Shown here: positions 28,585 to 39,539 of the stretch, piece after piece | How positions within the stretch are numbered: the first letter of the stretch is position 1 | Layout of the letters: each line of letters starts with the position of its first letter | DNA from: Patescibacteria group bacterium | GTDB taxonomy: Bacteria; Patescibacteriota; Patescibacteriia; GWA2-46-9 | Assembly: GCA_041660005.1 (NCBI GenBank) | Contig: JBAZXG010000001.1 | Span: 71,689 to 135,688 of the forward strand | Direction: 5' to 3' | DNA: 64,000 bases | Notes under the pieces: model-generated | The model's database searches: none | Seen by the model: the letters and a program-made list of their open reading frames with translations, nothing else | Told to the model about the DNA's origin: nothing | Made by a program: the position numbers and the translations under genes

Positions 28585-28848
28585 CTACCTGGAGCGGTCG
28601 CCCATCGGGCGCGCTTCATTGACAGTAATCGTACGACCACCGAGCTCCTTGCCGTTCATTGCTGAAACAGCGGCGTCAGCCTCGTCGTCATTAGACATTT
28701 CGACGAAACCAAAACCCTTGGAGCGGCCGGTCATGCGATCATTAATTATTGTGGCGGAAACAACCGTACCAGAACCAGAAAACGCCTCTTTAAGTTCGTC
28801 TTCTGTAGTGCTGTACGGAAGGCCTCCGACAAACAGTCGCTTAGCCAT
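28585..28848 (-). CDS. RRM (RNP-1) RNA-binding protein
   Basis: LFVGGL, DRMTGRSKGFGFVEM, TVNEARP. Confidence 0.95.
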   Translation of the reverse strand: MAKRLFVGGLPYSTTEDELKEAFSGSGTVVSATIINDRMTGRSKGFGFVEMSNDDEADAAVSAMNGKELGGRTITVNEARPMGDRSR

Positions 28849-29002
28849 TCTCGTTCAAAGTTTAGTATCTTAATTATGCGTAGTAAGACGACCTACTTTC
28901 TCGCCCGGCTGTTTAGATAAGATATCAAACTCCGCTCGAGAACCCTTACGACGATCGAACACAGAGTAGCACAATCAATCCTGTTTGTAAAGTCAGGGCA
29001 AA

Positions 29003-29415
29003 TGTCTACTTTCTTGCTTGTCCAAGAAAGTAGACGGAAAGAACGACACCCTGAGGACTCGGCTGAGGTATGACTGCACTCCGAGAACCGATGGTCGTGA
29101 ACTCGTCGTTAGCACTCCTCAAACAGCACGACCATTACTTCGGTTCTCTCCACTGGTCATCACCGACGCCGATCCTATGGGATTCTGCGCCAATTTTGCT
29201 CAAACCCCATTGCCGACCGAGGAAGGCGAACGGACGAAATGCAGGTGATTAAGCGACGATGCTGTTCGAAGCATTAGCAAGTTCATCGTCGCCACCTGCA
29301 CTGAGGAACGTTCGCCGACAACAGTGTCGGCACAGGGCGGGTTTTCTTTCGTCTATTTCTTTGCCCGAACAAAGAAATAGACAACCTACAGCCCCGTCTG
29401 ACGGGGCGAGGTTAA
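29003..29415 (-). mobile_element. Multi-hairpin element, copy 2 (inverted, one terminus missing)
   Basis: Reverse complement aligns with 16112-16526. Confidence 0.8.
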
Positions 29416-29569
29416 TGAGTATTTTTTCTAAAAATTCTTTTGGTTCATTTTCTTGAGCGCTTAAGAAAATAAAAAACTTATGGGTACTTGACGACTACCT
29501 ACAGCAGGTTCACACTTTCCGACATTAATGTCATCACGTCGGCCAAAAGCCGAAAGGAGTGGAAACGCG

Positions 29570-29893
29570 ATGAGGGCGAAGGTAGCGGTAGCGGCTTGTG
29601 TTTTGGCTCTTTCGGTGGTCGGTTGCGGAACTCCGCCATCGAGCGAGCCCAACGGAGGGGTTGCAATTGCGTCCGCGGCGCAGGTCGCGCCGTGGAGGAA
29701 AGTCAAGAGAAACTTCCTTTTTGCGATTGGCGACGCGTTCGACGCGTGCCGAGACAAGAGCAGAAAGGGGTGCAAGAGGAGCAAATCAGCCATCGGGCTC
29801 AAACTCCTCGAGGTCGAAGGGTCACGGTGGGCGCCCTACGAAGAGCGCCTGAAGAAACTAGCAGACTCCGGACTCATTGACGAGTTCGATTAG
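29570..29893 (+). CDS. Hypothetical lipoprotein (orphan)
   Basis: AAGGAG SD; signal peptide ending VVG-C; hairpin at 29923-29956 downstream. Confidence 0.7.
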   Translation: MRAKVAVAACVLALSVVGCGTPPSSEPNGGVAIASAAQVAPWRKVKRNFLFAIGDAFDACRDKSRKGCKRSKSAIGLKLLEVEGSRWAPYEERLKKLADSGLIDEFD

Positions 29894-30009
29894 AACTCGT
29901 CAACCACCAGACCTACGTCGAAGTAGCCCGCCGGCGCACACGCACCGGCGGGCTACTAACGTTTTGAGCAGCACTCGATAGAACGTCGTCGCTCTGCTAT
30001 ACTCCAGCA

Positions 30010-30459
30010 ATGCCAACAAATAATTTAAACAACTTTTTAGCCGACCGTAATGACATCATTACGCTTTTTCAAAAAAAGGGCTGCACCACCTGTCGGGCTG
30101 CGCAGGTACTGCTTTTACAAAATGGCGCAAACTACGTTACGGTGAACTACCACGAAAAACGCATGACGCGTAACGAAATTTGGCAGCTACTTGATAAACT
30201 AAAAATGCACCCCCGTGATATTCTTCGAAAACGCGAACCGCTTTATCGGGAACTACGGCTCGATCAAAAACACCTCTCCGACGCTGATCTCGTCACGCTG
30301 ATGCAAGAGCACCCCGAGCTCATCGAGCGACCAATCGCCGTTCGTGGAGAAATGGCCATTCTAGCCCGACCCGTAGACAAACTGCTGACACTTATCCATA
30401 AACGCGCAGAGTCACGCGCTGGCAAACATAAACCAACGACCTACGCACTTAGTCTTTAA
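30010..30459 (+). CDS. ArsC/Spx family protein
   Basis: CTTCR, HPELIERPI, ARP. Confidence 0.88.
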   Translation: MPTNNLNNFLADRNDIITLFQKKGCTTCRAAQVLLLQNGANYVTVNYHEKRMTRNEIWQLLDKLKMHPRDILRKREPLYRELRLDQKHLSDADLVTLMQEHPELIERPIAVRGEMAILARPVDKLLTLIHKRAESRAGKHKPTTYALSL

Positions 30460-30862
30460 GAAAACGTTCAAATGATTTTTTGTCCCCGTAGGGTAAAAAC
30501 TCCTCCTGGTATTTTGGCGTTAAAAAACCCTTGTACTTTTTGTGCATAATTCCGCACCAATATTTTTCGGTCTCTGCCGCAATGGCGGAGGCAAAACGGA
30601 AAACGCCGTTGACGTAACCGCAGTAGGTACAATTAAATTTTTCAAGAGGACGCAAGTAGCTCAACTTTTGCCGATCGAGGCGAATATAGTTGACGCGACT
30701 TAAAACCGGAAGACCATACAAAGGAAAACAGACCCGCTGATAAATCTCAACGGCAATATCGAGAAATACCACCGGCACAATCATGGCATAAATAAAAGGC
30801 ATCGAGATAATATATTGTATCCTGACGCCAGGTCTTTTTTGCAGAACCTTTCTGAATTGCAT
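30449..30862 (-). CDS. Conserved hypothetical membrane protein
   Basis: TM segment; YQ.VCFPLYG, DR..L.YL, NCTYCGY.NG, TE.YWC.I.H pattern. Confidence 0.75.
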   Translation of the reverse strand: MQFRKVLQKRPGVRIQYIISMPFIYAMIVPVVFLDIAVEIYQRVCFPLYGLPVLSRVNYIRLDRQKLSYLRPLEKFNCTYCGYVNGVFRFASAIAAETEKYWCGIMHKKYKGFLTPKYQEEFLPYGDKKSFERFLKD

Positions 30863-30981
30863 AGTCAAGTTAGTTTACGAAAGTGTAGCACTGATTTCCT
30901 TAAATTGCCAGCGTATTATAGTTGACAAAAAACGCCAATACTAACACTATGCTGGCATCCGAGCCGAAGGAGGTGAAGAGG

Positions 30982-31167
30982 ATGAGAAGTGGAACGCTCG
31001 TAGCGACCTACAAGCGTACGCATGGACACTGGTGGATAGAGGTTTCCGGCAACATGCCGTATGACCTGTTCGAATGGCCACTGTTCATGACCATTTTTTC
31101 GTTGCTCCCTGGAGCGAAAAAGCTTGCCATGTGGAGCGAGCATCGGAGGGTTCGTACCCTCCACTGA
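30982..31167 (+). CDS. Small hypothetical protein (61 aa)
   Basis: Strong AAGGAGGTG SD and TTGACA upstream. Confidence 0.5.
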   Translation: MRSGTLVATYKRTHGHWWIEVSGNMPYDLFEWPLFMTIFSLLPGAKKLAMWSEHRRVRTLH

Positions 31168-31261
31168 ACCCGCTCACGCGGGATCTTGCGCGGCGGGCCA
31201 CAGCGATGATCTCGTTGTTGGCCCGCCACCCCCCCTTTACTATTTAACTTCTTACAGAACC

Positions 31262-31291
31262 AAAAGACCCCGCCAACTGGCGGGGTCTTTT
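31262..31291. terminator. Bidirectional intrinsic terminator
   Basis: AAAAGACCCCGCCA-AC-TGGCGGGGTCTTTT. Confidence 0.85.
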
Positions 31292-31303
31292 GGTTAAACT
31301 CTA

Positions 31304-32083
31304 TTATTTAATCTCGTACTGCAAATTAACCGTAACGTTCACGTCTTGTGTTCCTGGTTCAATGGTTGGTGCTGCTGCAACTTTATCAGCGCCTCCGCCC
31401 CCAACTCCACCACCCATGCCATACGCGTATGGTTGCGGCGTATTACCACCGTTTGACTCGTCTATAGAGAGAAGCCGCCCAATCCGGAAGCCGCCAGCCT
31501 TGGCAATCGACTCGGCCTTCACTTTTGCTTTCTGAATGGCTTCAGCGCGCGCCTCGTCTTGTACGGCCGTTGGGTCGTCAGTAGTGAAATTCAAATCTGA
31601 AACGCTGTTCGCACCCTTGCTCACCACGCCTGAGAGCACTGTTCCCGCTTTGCTGAAGTCACGAACCTTAACTTCTACTGATTGGCTAACCGAATAACCG
31701 GTGATGTCCGGTGCTTTACACGGGCCGACGCCGTTACAGGGATAATATTGGTAGCGCGGATAAATATTATAACCTGAAGTTCGAATATCTTTAGCATCGA
31801 GTCCTTGCTCTTTAAGATAACTAATAGTCGCGTTGGTCTTTTCGGTATTTTTTTTCTGAAGATCCGCAACATCTTTTCCTCCTTCAGTAATCACACTAAA
31901 AGTAAACTTCGCAACATCTGGCACCGCCACCGCCTTACCGGTTGCGTTTACTGAGAAGCTCCTAAAGGACGTCGGCTCAGAAACCCGGCTATACGTCTTG
32001 ACGTAGCCGATAACGCCCACTGACACAGCCAAAAGTGAAAGAATAAGGACAACCCCTAACGCATCGCGTATTTTACTATTCAT
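31304..32083 (-). CDS. SIMPL (DUF541) domain protein
   Basis: G.A.AVPD.A, DIRT.GY.I.P.Y, GAN.V..L.F, IEPG.Q.V.V.V...Y. Confidence 0.9.
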   Translation of the reverse strand: MNSKIRDALGVVLILSLLAVSVGVIGYVKTYSRVSEPTSFRSFSVNATGKAVAVPDVAKFTFSVITEGGKDVADLQKKNTEKTNATISYLKEQGLDAKDIRTSGYNIYPRYQYYPCNGVGPCKAPDITGYSVSQSVEVKVRDFSKAGTVLSGVVSKGANSVSDLNFTTDDPTAVQDEARAEAIQKAKVKAESIAKAGGFRIGRLLSIDESNGGNTPQPYAYGMGGGVGGGGADKVAAAPTIEPGTQDVNVTVNLQYEIK

Positions 32084-32156
32084 AAAATTTTATTAACTAC
32101 CTAATGAATTAAGTATAGCAGAGTCTGAATAAAGTGCGGTAGATAAACGAATGATG

Positions 32157-32657
32157 TTATTTTTGACTAAAAGGTGTGAACCGAACGGGAATATAGAGAG
32201 CGTCATCATGCCCTGGAATCCCCGACGGGTTATCTTTTTGTAAAACGAGTACACCCGTTCCTGTTTGGGGAGGAATGAATGTTAAGATTGCGGTAAAAGG
32301 AACAAAATTTTCGGTCATCCAATCACCCTCTGCTTGCGCGACACCAGAACCAAGCACGCTGCCATCGCTTCCGAGCAACCGCACGGGAAAGCTGGCCTCA
32401 AAATACCATGGACCGCGCGCAGAACCCGTAATAACGAGCGGACTAGCTACAACTGCATCCTTCACCGGACTCGTAACAACAATCAAGTTGTTCGCCGTTT
32501 TGCTTGTGGCTTCCAGAGCAGTATTTTTTGAAACTGCTTTTTGCTGTTGCTGTTCATATAAAACACCGAGCAAAAAGACCAGTAATAACCCAACGACCAA
32601 CATCACAGGGGCGATGAGCCACCATAACCACGTCGTTTTTCTTGGGCTGAGAATCAT
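32157..32657 (-). CDS. Membrane-anchored Gmad2 Ig-like domain protein
   Basis: N-terminal TM; SPL.ITG.ARG.WYFEASFPV, WMTE.FVPF, KDNPSG. Confidence 0.85.
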   Translation of the reverse strand: MILSPRKTTWLWWLIAPVMLVVGLLLVFLLGVLYEQQQQKAVSKNTALEATSKTANNLIVVTSPVKDAVVASPLVITGSARGPWYFEASFPVRLLGSDGSVLGSGVAQAEGDWMTENFVPFTAILTFIPPQTGTGVLVLQKDNPSGIPGHDDALYIPVRFTPFSQK

Positions 32658-32867
32658 AGAATTTAAGTGTACGCCTGCGTAGTAAAATTGCAATCAAGTT
32701 CGCTGTTCCGCGTAAACATCCATAATGCATCCTCAAACTTACCTTGTGCGGCAGCTCTAACTTTTTACCAACAACGACGAAGCAATACTCCCTAAGGGGC
32801 CGGTTCCCTACTCCTTCATTTCTTGAGGAGTAAATACCCTGCTCTCCCCTTCCCTAAACGCCGCCTC

Positions 32868-32896
32868 TTGACTGTTGTACGAATGTACAATAAAAT
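32868..32896 (+). promoter_or_regulatory. Sigma70 promoter with a palindromic operator (candidate SOS box)
   Basis: TTGACT-N17-TAAAAT; the spacer contains TTGTAC-GAAT-GTACAA at 32875-32890. Confidence 0.8.
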
Positions 32897-32905
32897 GAAA
32901 AAGTT

Positions 32906-33499
32906 ATGGGAAGGAAAAAAGGCAAACAAAAAAAACAAAACGCCAGCATCGAACTTCGTCGTTTTTACACTGAACACCAACGCATGCCGAGCTACCGCGA
33001 AGCCGCGACACTCTTCAGGTATCGATCGCCGAACGCTATCACCTACTGGGTCAACCACTGGGCCTCCAAGGGTGTTATACGCCGCGACCGCACCGGTCGG
33101 CTGTTGCCCGGGCCGGCACTGTTGCCTATTCGTCTTCTTGGTGAAGTACGAGCCGGCTTCCCTTCTCCAGCTGAGGAAGAAAATATCGATACCCTATCGC
33201 TCGACGACTGGCTGGTCGGCAACAAAGAGGCAAGTTTTATGCTGAAAGTTTCTGGTAACTCCATGCTCGAGGCGGGCATCCGCCCTGGCGACTATGTGCT
33301 CATCGACCGCGGCCGAACACCCAGAGTTGGAGACATTGTTATTGCTGAAGTCGACAATGAATGGACAATGAAATTTTTTGAAAAACGAGGAACCCGCGTG
33401 GTGCTGCGTGCGGGCAACAAACTCTACCCAACAATCGTCCCGCAGCAAGACCTAACCATTGCCGGCGTTGTTACTTCGGTCATTCGTAAATACAAATAA
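32906..33499 (+). CDS. LexA/UmuD-like S24 autopeptidase with an N-terminal HTH
   Basis: MPSYREAA helix, AGFPSPA cleavage site, VSGNSM catalytic Ser, WTMK catalytic Lys. Confidence 0.9.
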   Translation: MGRKKGKQKKQNASIELRRFYTEHQRMPSYREAATLFRYRSPNAITYWVNHWASKGVIRRDRTGRLLPGPALLPIRLLGEVRAGFPSPAEEENIDTLSLDDWLVGNKEASFMLKVSGNSMLEAGIRPGDYVLIDRGRTPRVGDIVIAEVDNEWTMKFFEKRGTRVVLRAGNKLYPTIVPQQDLTIAGVVTSVIRKYK

Positions 33500-33501
33500 C
33501 T

Positions 33502-34806
33502 ATGTACACGATGCAAGAATGGCCGAGAGCAATTATCCATATCGATGGTGACGCCTTCTTTGCCAGCTGCGAACAAGCGGTTCATCCCGAATATCGTGGC
33601 AAGCCCGTCATCACCGGCAAAGAACGCGGCATTGTTTCCGCCGCGAGTTACGAAGCGAAAGCCCGAGGAATTACCCGCGGCGTTCCACTTTGGGAAATAA
33701 AGAAACGCTGCCCCGAAGCCATTATTGTTCCGTCAGACTACGAAACTTATTCGCTCTTTTCAAAACGCATGTTTGCTATCATGCGACGCTTTACCTCAGC
33801 CGTTGAAGAATATGGCATCGACGAAGGGTTCGCCGACCTCACCGGTCTTGCCCGACCGCTCGGCATGGGCTATGTGGAAATCGCACGCATGATGCAAAAA
33901 ACTATCGTACAGGAGCTCGGCATTAGTGTTTCAGTCGGCCTCAGTGTCACAAAGGTTCTTGCTAAATTAGGATCAAAGCACAAAAAACCAGGCGGACTTA
34001 CTGCCATTCCAGCAAACGACACCAAACAATACCTGCGTGAAACTCCCATAGAACAGGTATGGGGCATCGGCCCAAAAACAACCGCCTACTGCACACAACT
34101 CGGCATACGAACGGCGCTGCAGTTTGCAAATCAAACAAGTGAAACTGTGGCCCAACGTTTCACAAAACCGCATGTTGAACTGTGGCAGGAACTTAATGGT
34201 GTGAGTGTCCTAGCGTTAACACCAGAAGAAAAAACGGTATACCAAAGTATTAGTAAAACAAAAACATTTACTCCTACCTCGAGCGATCCCTTTTTTCTTC
34301 ACGCGCAACTCTTAAAAAATATAGAGAACGCTTGCATTAAAGCACGTCGTCATCGACTGGTAGCAAGCCGTCTTGTGGTTTATTTAAAACATCGAGACTT
34401 CGCTACCAGGGCCGTTGAGGGTGTACTCTCCCGGGCATCCGCCTATCCGCAAGATCTACTCAGGGTAGCTGATGAACTTTTTCGAGAAATTTATGAGCCG
34501 CATACCATGTATCGGGCAACCGGCGTGGTGTTGACGCACCTCACAGCAGACAACCGCGTACAGACGTCATTATTTGAACCTCCGCTGCGATTAGAAAAAT
34601 TAGAACGTGTTTACGCTGCCGTTGATCTCTTGGCTGAAAGATTTGGAAAACATACGGTGCGTCTTCTTGGCAGTAACCCTGCCCACCAAGTCCCGCAGCA
34701 TGTACTGGATCGTGGTGACTTACCACTCAGAAAACGCACTCGCCTCAAAGGAGAATCCGTGCGGAAGCACTTGGCAATCCCCGTTCTTGCTCACACGCTC
34801 CGCTAG
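33502..34806 (+). CDS. Y-family DNA polymerase (DinB/UmuC-like)
   Basis: HIDGDAFFASCE, AASYEAKARG, GIDEGF, KLGS..KKP.G, VWGIG. Confidence 0.93.
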   Translation: MYTMQEWPRAIIHIDGDAFFASCEQAVHPEYRGKPVITGKERGIVSAASYEAKARGITRGVPLWEIKKRCPEAIIVPSDYETYSLFSKRMFAIMRRFTSAVEEYGIDEGFADLTGLARPLGMGYVEIARMMQKTIVQELGISVSVGLSVTKVLAKLGSKHKKPGGLTAIPANDTKQYLRETPIEQVWGIGPKTTAYCTQLGIRTALQFANQTSETVAQRFTKPHVELWQELNGVSVLALTPEEKTVYQSISKTKTFTPTSSDPFFLHAQLLKNIENACIKARRHRLVASRLVVYLKHRDFATRAVEGVLSRASAYPQDLLRVADELFREIYEPHTMYRATGVVLTHLTADNRVQTSLFEPPLRLEKLERVYAAVDLLAERFGKHTVRLLGSNPAHQVPQHVLDRGDLPLRKRTRLKGESVRKHLAIPVLAHTLR

Positions 34807-34813
34807 AGAAACG

Positions 34814-36079
34814 CTAAGCCAAAAATAATAAGATGGCCGCAGCAGACATCAGAAGCGTTATAACAACACCAAAAATATTTGAAACGCGCGAATTCGTATA
34901 CTCACCCATGATGCTTTTGCTATTTGCGATCGCCAAAATAACAACCATGAGTGGTGGCGCCAGTACGCCGTTTACCACGGCAGCATAGTAAAGCATTTCA
35001 AACGGGGTAACTGGTAAAAAATTAACGAGAAGACCGACTACTGTAGCAAGCGCAATGACGCCATAAAAACCATGCGCCTGGCGAAATCGGCGGTAAAGGC
35101 CGGTACGCCAACCAAAAGTTTCCGCAACCGCATAGGACGCCGAACCGGCAAGTACAGGCACGGCCAATAAACCGGTGCCGACAATCCCGAGAGCAAAAAG
35201 TAAGTACGTAAACTGGCCGGCCAACGGGCGCAATGCTTCAGCAGCCGCAGCAGCGCTATCAACATGCATTACGCCGTGAAGGCCGAGCGTTGAAGCAGTA
35301 GTTAAAATAATAAAAAACATGATGATATTTGAAAACAACATACCGAAGACTGTGTCAAACCCGACGGAGCGAACATCCTCAAAAGTAATTTTTGGCTGGC
35401 TGTGTACGCGAAATGTGCCATGCAAAATTTCTTCTTCAACCTCTTCGTTCGCCTGCCAAAAAAAGAGGTAGGGTGAAATGGTCGTTCCTAAAAGCGCCAC
35501 AATATTTAAAAGATAGTCTCGGTTCAAAGAAAAATGAGGAATGAAGGTGGCATTCAAAACACTACCCCATGAACGCGTTACTAAAATGCCAGTGATAACG
35601 TATGCGAGTAATGAGAGTGTAAGATATTTTAAATAACGCGCATAACTACGATAAGGCACAAAAATTTCGAGTCCAACCGTCACTGCAACTGAAACGAGCA
35701 ACCAAAAAAGGAAAGGGAAACCAACTAACAATTTTATAGAGGCAGCCATGGCGCCGAGGTCTGCGCCGATGTTGATAACGTTGGCAATAAGGAGCAGCAC
35801 TACAGACCCGTACAAAAGTGGCCGAGAAAAATGTTCCCGCAATACGCCAGCGAGACCCTTTCCGGTCACGAGGCCAATCCGTCCGCTCATTTCTTGCATA
35901 GCAACCATGAACGGCGTAGAGAAAAAAGCAGTCCACAGTTGCCCGTAGCCAAACTGCGCTCCCGTCTGCGCATAGGTCGCAATACCAGAAGGATCATCGT
36001 CTGACGCACCGGTAATAAAGCCGGGTCCGAGTCGTTTAAAAAATTGATGCACTCTACGATGATGTTTTTTTACCGACAT
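34814..36079 (-). CDS. Nramp-family divalent metal transporter
   Basis: LGPGFITGASDDDPSGIATY, GTTISPYLFFWQ. Confidence 0.9.
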   Translation of the reverse strand: MSVKKHHRRVHQFFKRLGPGFITGASDDDPSGIATYAQTGAQFGYGQLWTAFFSTPFMVAMQEMSGRIGLVTGKGLAGVLREHFSRPLLYGSVVLLLIANVINIGADLGAMAASIKLLVGFPFLFWLLVSVAVTVGLEIFVPYRSYARYLKYLTLSLLAYVITGILVTRSWGSVLNATFIPHFSLNRDYLLNIVALLGTTISPYLFFWQANEEVEEEILHGTFRVHSQPKITFEDVRSVGFDTVFGMLFSNIIMFFIILTTASTLGLHGVMHVDSAAAAAEALRPLAGQFTYLLFALGIVGTGLLAVPVLAGSASYAVAETFGWRTGLYRRFRQAHGFYGVIALATVVGLLVNFLPVTPFEMLYYAAVVNGVLAPPLMVVILAIANSKSIMGEYTNSRVSNIFGVVITLLMSAAAILLFLA

Positions 36080-36133
36080 ACGGACATCATTTCACGCCCC
36101 ATGAACTTTTCATGAGGATGGACAGTAATGTAG

Positions 36134-37411
36134 TTAGCGCTTGCCGCTCGATTTCCCAAAACGCGATGATTGGTACGGGGGTCGTCGACGAGGTTTATTG
36201 CCGAATCCACCTGAGCTGGGTCTTGAAAAACGTGACGGTCGATCGCTACTTTCAAATTCACTACTTGATTTTCGTGCCGGCGGTAACTCAGGTAATTTTG
36301 ATATCGGCAGCACCAGGCGAATAAGTCGCTCAATGTCTCTCACGTTCGACCCTTGGTCTGGCGTAGCAAACGATATGGCGTGACCGCGAAGTCCGGCACG
36401 ACCGGTTCGGCCAATGCGGTGCACGTAATCTTCAGGGTTTTCAGGAAGATCAAAATTAACCACGAGTTCAATATTCGTTACATCAATGCCGCGTGCGGCA
36501 ATATCGGTGGCGATGAGTACCCGATACTTCCCTCGCTTGAACCCCTCGAGCGCTTCACGCCGCTGAGCCAGACTGCGATTGGAGTGTATTTCAGCAACGC
36601 GTACACCCATGCCGCGAATGTCACGCGTTATTCTGCTCACCGCATGTTTAGTGCGCGAGAAAACGAGCACCGTCCCGTGGTACTCGGAAAAAAGTTTTTC
36701 CAGAAGTCGCAACTTATCGTCGCGCCTCACCACAAACAGCTCGTGCGTTACGTGGTCTGCAGTTGAACCAGGACGAGCAATTTCCACACGCACCGGAAGT
36801 TGCATATAGGACTTTACCAATCGAACAATCTGGTCTGGCATCGTCGCGGAAAAAAGCATTGTTTGCCGATCTTTTGGCAGGACTTTAAGAATGCGCTGAA
36901 TCTGCGGCATAAAGCCCATATCGAGCATGCGATCGGCTTCGTCGAGCACCAGCACCCGAATATCATTTAATTTCACTGAACCGTGTTCAAGGTGATCAAT
37001 GAGTCGTCCCGGGGTCGCGACAATGACGTGGGGCTTCTTTGCCAAGCTCCGCTGCTGACCACCAATCGGCATACCGCCAATGAGCACGGCAGTTCTGAGC
37101 CCAATAGGCCGCCCGATTTTTTGCAATGTTTCTTCTACCTGCAGCGCCAGTTCACGCGTTGGCAACATGATCAACCCTCGCCCTTTCACTTCTGCCAAAC
37201 GCTGGAGTAGCGGTATCCCAAAAGCCAACGTTTTACCGGTGCCCGTTTGAGCAATACCGATCATGTCTTTCCCCTGTATAGCCAGCGGAATGGATTGGCG
37301 TTGAATCGGTGTTGGTACGGTATACGATGCTTTTTCGAGCACCTCTAAAAGCTTCGGAGCTATGCCGAGGCCAAAAAAACTATCCTTTTCTGTACTATTC
37401 TTTTCTGTCAT
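36134..37411 (-). CDS. DEAD-box RNA helicase (RhlE-like)
   Basis: AQTGTGKT, PTRELA, TPGR, DEAD, SAT, ARGID, HRIGRTGR. Confidence 0.96.
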   Translation of the reverse strand: MTEKNSTEKDSFFGLGIAPKLLEVLEKASYTVPTPIQRQSIPLAIQGKDMIGIAQTGTGKTLAFGIPLLQRLAEVKGRGLIMLPTRELALQVEETLQKIGRPIGLRTAVLIGGMPIGGQQRSLAKKPHVIVATPGRLIDHLEHGSVKLNDIRVLVLDEADRMLDMGFMPQIQRILKVLPKDRQTMLFSATMPDQIVRLVKSYMQLPVRVEIARPGSTADHVTHELFVVRRDDKLRLLEKLFSEYHGTVLVFSRTKHAVSRITRDIRGMGVRVAEIHSNRSLAQRREALEGFKRGKYRVLIATDIAARGIDVTNIELVVNFDLPENPEDYVHRIGRTGRAGLRGHAISFATPDQGSNVRDIERLIRLVLPISKLPELPPARKSSSEFESSDRPSRFSRPSSGGFGNKPRRRPPYQSSRFGKSSGKR

Positions 37412-37495
37412 AAATTTTCTAGCGACGTGTTATATCAAACAGCTGGAGGAGTATAGCACAAAACACTCAATTAAACGAACTCCTCGCACCATGAA

Positions 37496-39292
37496 TTACC
37501 TTTTTTCTCTAAGCACGTTTCGGAGAATGCGTTTTCTGAGGCGAATACTGTGCGGCGTTACTTCAACGAGTTCGTCGTCGCCAATATATTCAAGTGCAAG
37601 TTCAATCGTCATCTCTCGTGGCGGAGCAAGGTCAGAGGTCGTAATGTCTTTGTTGGCACGGAAGTTCGTGAGGGCTTTTGCTTTGCAAACGTTCACCACC
37701 ATATCTTCAGCTTTCGCGTTTTGCCCCACCACTTGACCTTCATATACCTGAACCGCTGGACCAACGAAGAGTTCACCGCGTTCTTGCACTTTGAGTAACG
37801 CATACGAAGTGGTCTCTCCTGGTTCGTGGGCAATGAGCGACCCGTGCGGATTGGCGTCAATGTCTGCTGCTTTCGGAAAGTACCCGGCGAAGAGCGAGTT
37901 TAAAATGCCGAGGCCTTTGGTCTCGATAATAAATTCATTACGAAAACCGATGAGACCGCGCGTCGGAATGAAGAAATGCAAGTGCGCCTCGTTGTTGTCA
38001 ACGTGCATGTTTTTCATTTCTGCTTTACGCATTGCCATTTTTTTAATAACCATGCCGGAGTATGCGTCTGGTACGTCAATCCAGACGTCCTCGGTGGGCT
38101 CTAACACTTTGCCGTTTTCTTCTTTATAAATAACCTCAGGGCGCGATACCTGCAATTCATAATCTTCACGACGCATTTTTTCAATGAGAATTGCCAGGTG
38201 GAGCTCGCCGCGTCCGCTCACCACAAACTCATCTGCCGACTGCCCGGGGTCAACCTTAAGCGCAACATCGTTATCGAGTTCTTTCGTCAATCGTTCTCGC
38301 AAATTGCGTGAGGTGCAATACTGTCCATCCTCACCCGCAAAAGGAGAGGTGTTCACGCTAAACGTCATGCGCACTGTCGGTTTTTCAATGGCAATGGGTG
38401 GCAATGCTTCGGGAGCTTCGGCGCTCGCGATGGTGTCGCCAATGTTCACATCCGGTATACCAGCAACAAGCGCAATGTCGCCCGCATAAACATTCTCAAT
38501 AACCACACGGTTTAACCCGACGTGCGTCATGAGTGCTGCAACCTTACTTTTGACTTCAGTACCATCGCGTCGTAAATGCGAAATGACACTGCCGTTTGTG
38601 ATGGTGCCTCGCGTCACGCGGCCAAGGGCAGTTCTGCCGAGGTAACTGTCGTAAATAGTGGATACCACCATCATCTGAAGTGGTGCCGACGCGTCAACTT
38701 TCGGTTCTGGAATATGTTTTATGATTGTGTGGAAAAGCGGCGAAACATCTTTCATTTCATTTATATCCGCCTCTAACCCTGCAAGCCCAAGTTTTCCAGA
38801 AGCATAAATGATCGGAAAATTAAGCTGTTCGTCAGACGCTCCAAATTCCATAAACAGTTCGATCACCTGATCGAGCGCGTAATTAACGCGAGCGTTAGGT
38901 TTATCAATTTTATTAATAACCACGATAATTTTGTGCTTGGCTTGAAGTGCTTTTTTCAAAACAAACCGCGTCTGTGGCATTGGTCCTTCCTGCGCGTCGA
39001 CTAGCAAAAGAGAACCGTCTGCCATATTGAGCACGCGCTCTACTTCCCCGCCGAAGTCCGCGTGACCCGGAGTGTCGATAATGTTAATTTTTGTGCCTTC
39101 AAAAACAACAGCGGCATTCTTCGCAAAAATGGTAATGCCACGCTCTTTTTCAATTTCGTTACTGTCCATGATGAGCTCCTGGCTGGCAAATTTGCCAAGC
39201 TCAGTACCAGATTGTTTCAGCAAAGCATCGACCAGCGTGGATTTCCCGTGGTCGACGTGAGCGATAATTGCGATGTTGCGAATTCCTGCCAT
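37496..39292 (-). CDS. typA: Translational GTPase TypA/BipA
   Basis: [38 protein letters not shown]. Confidence 0.97.
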   Translation of the reverse strand: MAGIRNIAIIAHVDHGKSTLVDALLKQSGTELGKFASQELIMDSNEIEKERGITIFAKNAAVVFEGTKINIIDTPGHADFGGEVERVLNMADGSLLLVDAQEGPMPQTRFVLKKALQAKHKIIVVINKIDKPNARVNYALDQVIELFMEFGASDEQLNFPIIYASGKLGLAGLEADINEMKDVSPLFHTIIKHIPEPKVDASAPLQMMVVSTIYDSYLGRTALGRVTRGTITNGSVISHLRRDGTEVKSKVAALMTHVGLNRVVIENVYAGDIALVAGIPDVNIGDTIASAEAPEALPPIAIEKPTVRMTFSVNTSPFAGEDGQYCTSRNLRERLTKELDNDVALKVDPGQSADEFVVSGRGELHLAILIEKMRREDYELQVSRPEVIYKEENGKVLEPTEDVWIDVPDAYSGMVIKKMAMRKAEMKNMHVDNNEAHLHFFIPTRGLIGFRNEFIIETKGLGILNSLFAGYFPKAADIDANPHGSLIAHEPGETTSYALLKVQERGELFVGPAVQVYEGQVVGQNAKAEDMVVNVCKAKALTNFRANKDITTSDLAPPREMTIELALEYIGDDELVEVTPHSIRLRKRILRNVLREKR

Positions 39293-39477
39293 AAAAATAG
39301 TATTACTCCTTTGTTGCCTGCGTCACTCGGAAATAAAAAGACCGCGCTAGTTACTGCACGGCGCCTGAAGACTTTACTAGAAAACCCGAATAAATGCAAG
39401 CCCTGACGGTTAAAGTCTTTTCACTGCATCAAACATTCAAGGCCAATACTCACCCACAAAAGACCCCGCCACAGCCG

Positions 39478-39501
39478 TTTCCATGTACTAGTACATGGAA
39501 A
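39478..39501. repeat. Perfect 24-bp palindrome TTTCCATGTACTAGTACATGGAAA
   Basis: Further copies at 40034-40057, 41273-41296, 44948-44994 (interrupted) and 48140-48159 (truncated). Confidence 0.9.
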
Positions 39502-39539
39502 TTTATCAAGCAGTTAGTTAACAAAACAATAAAACAACG

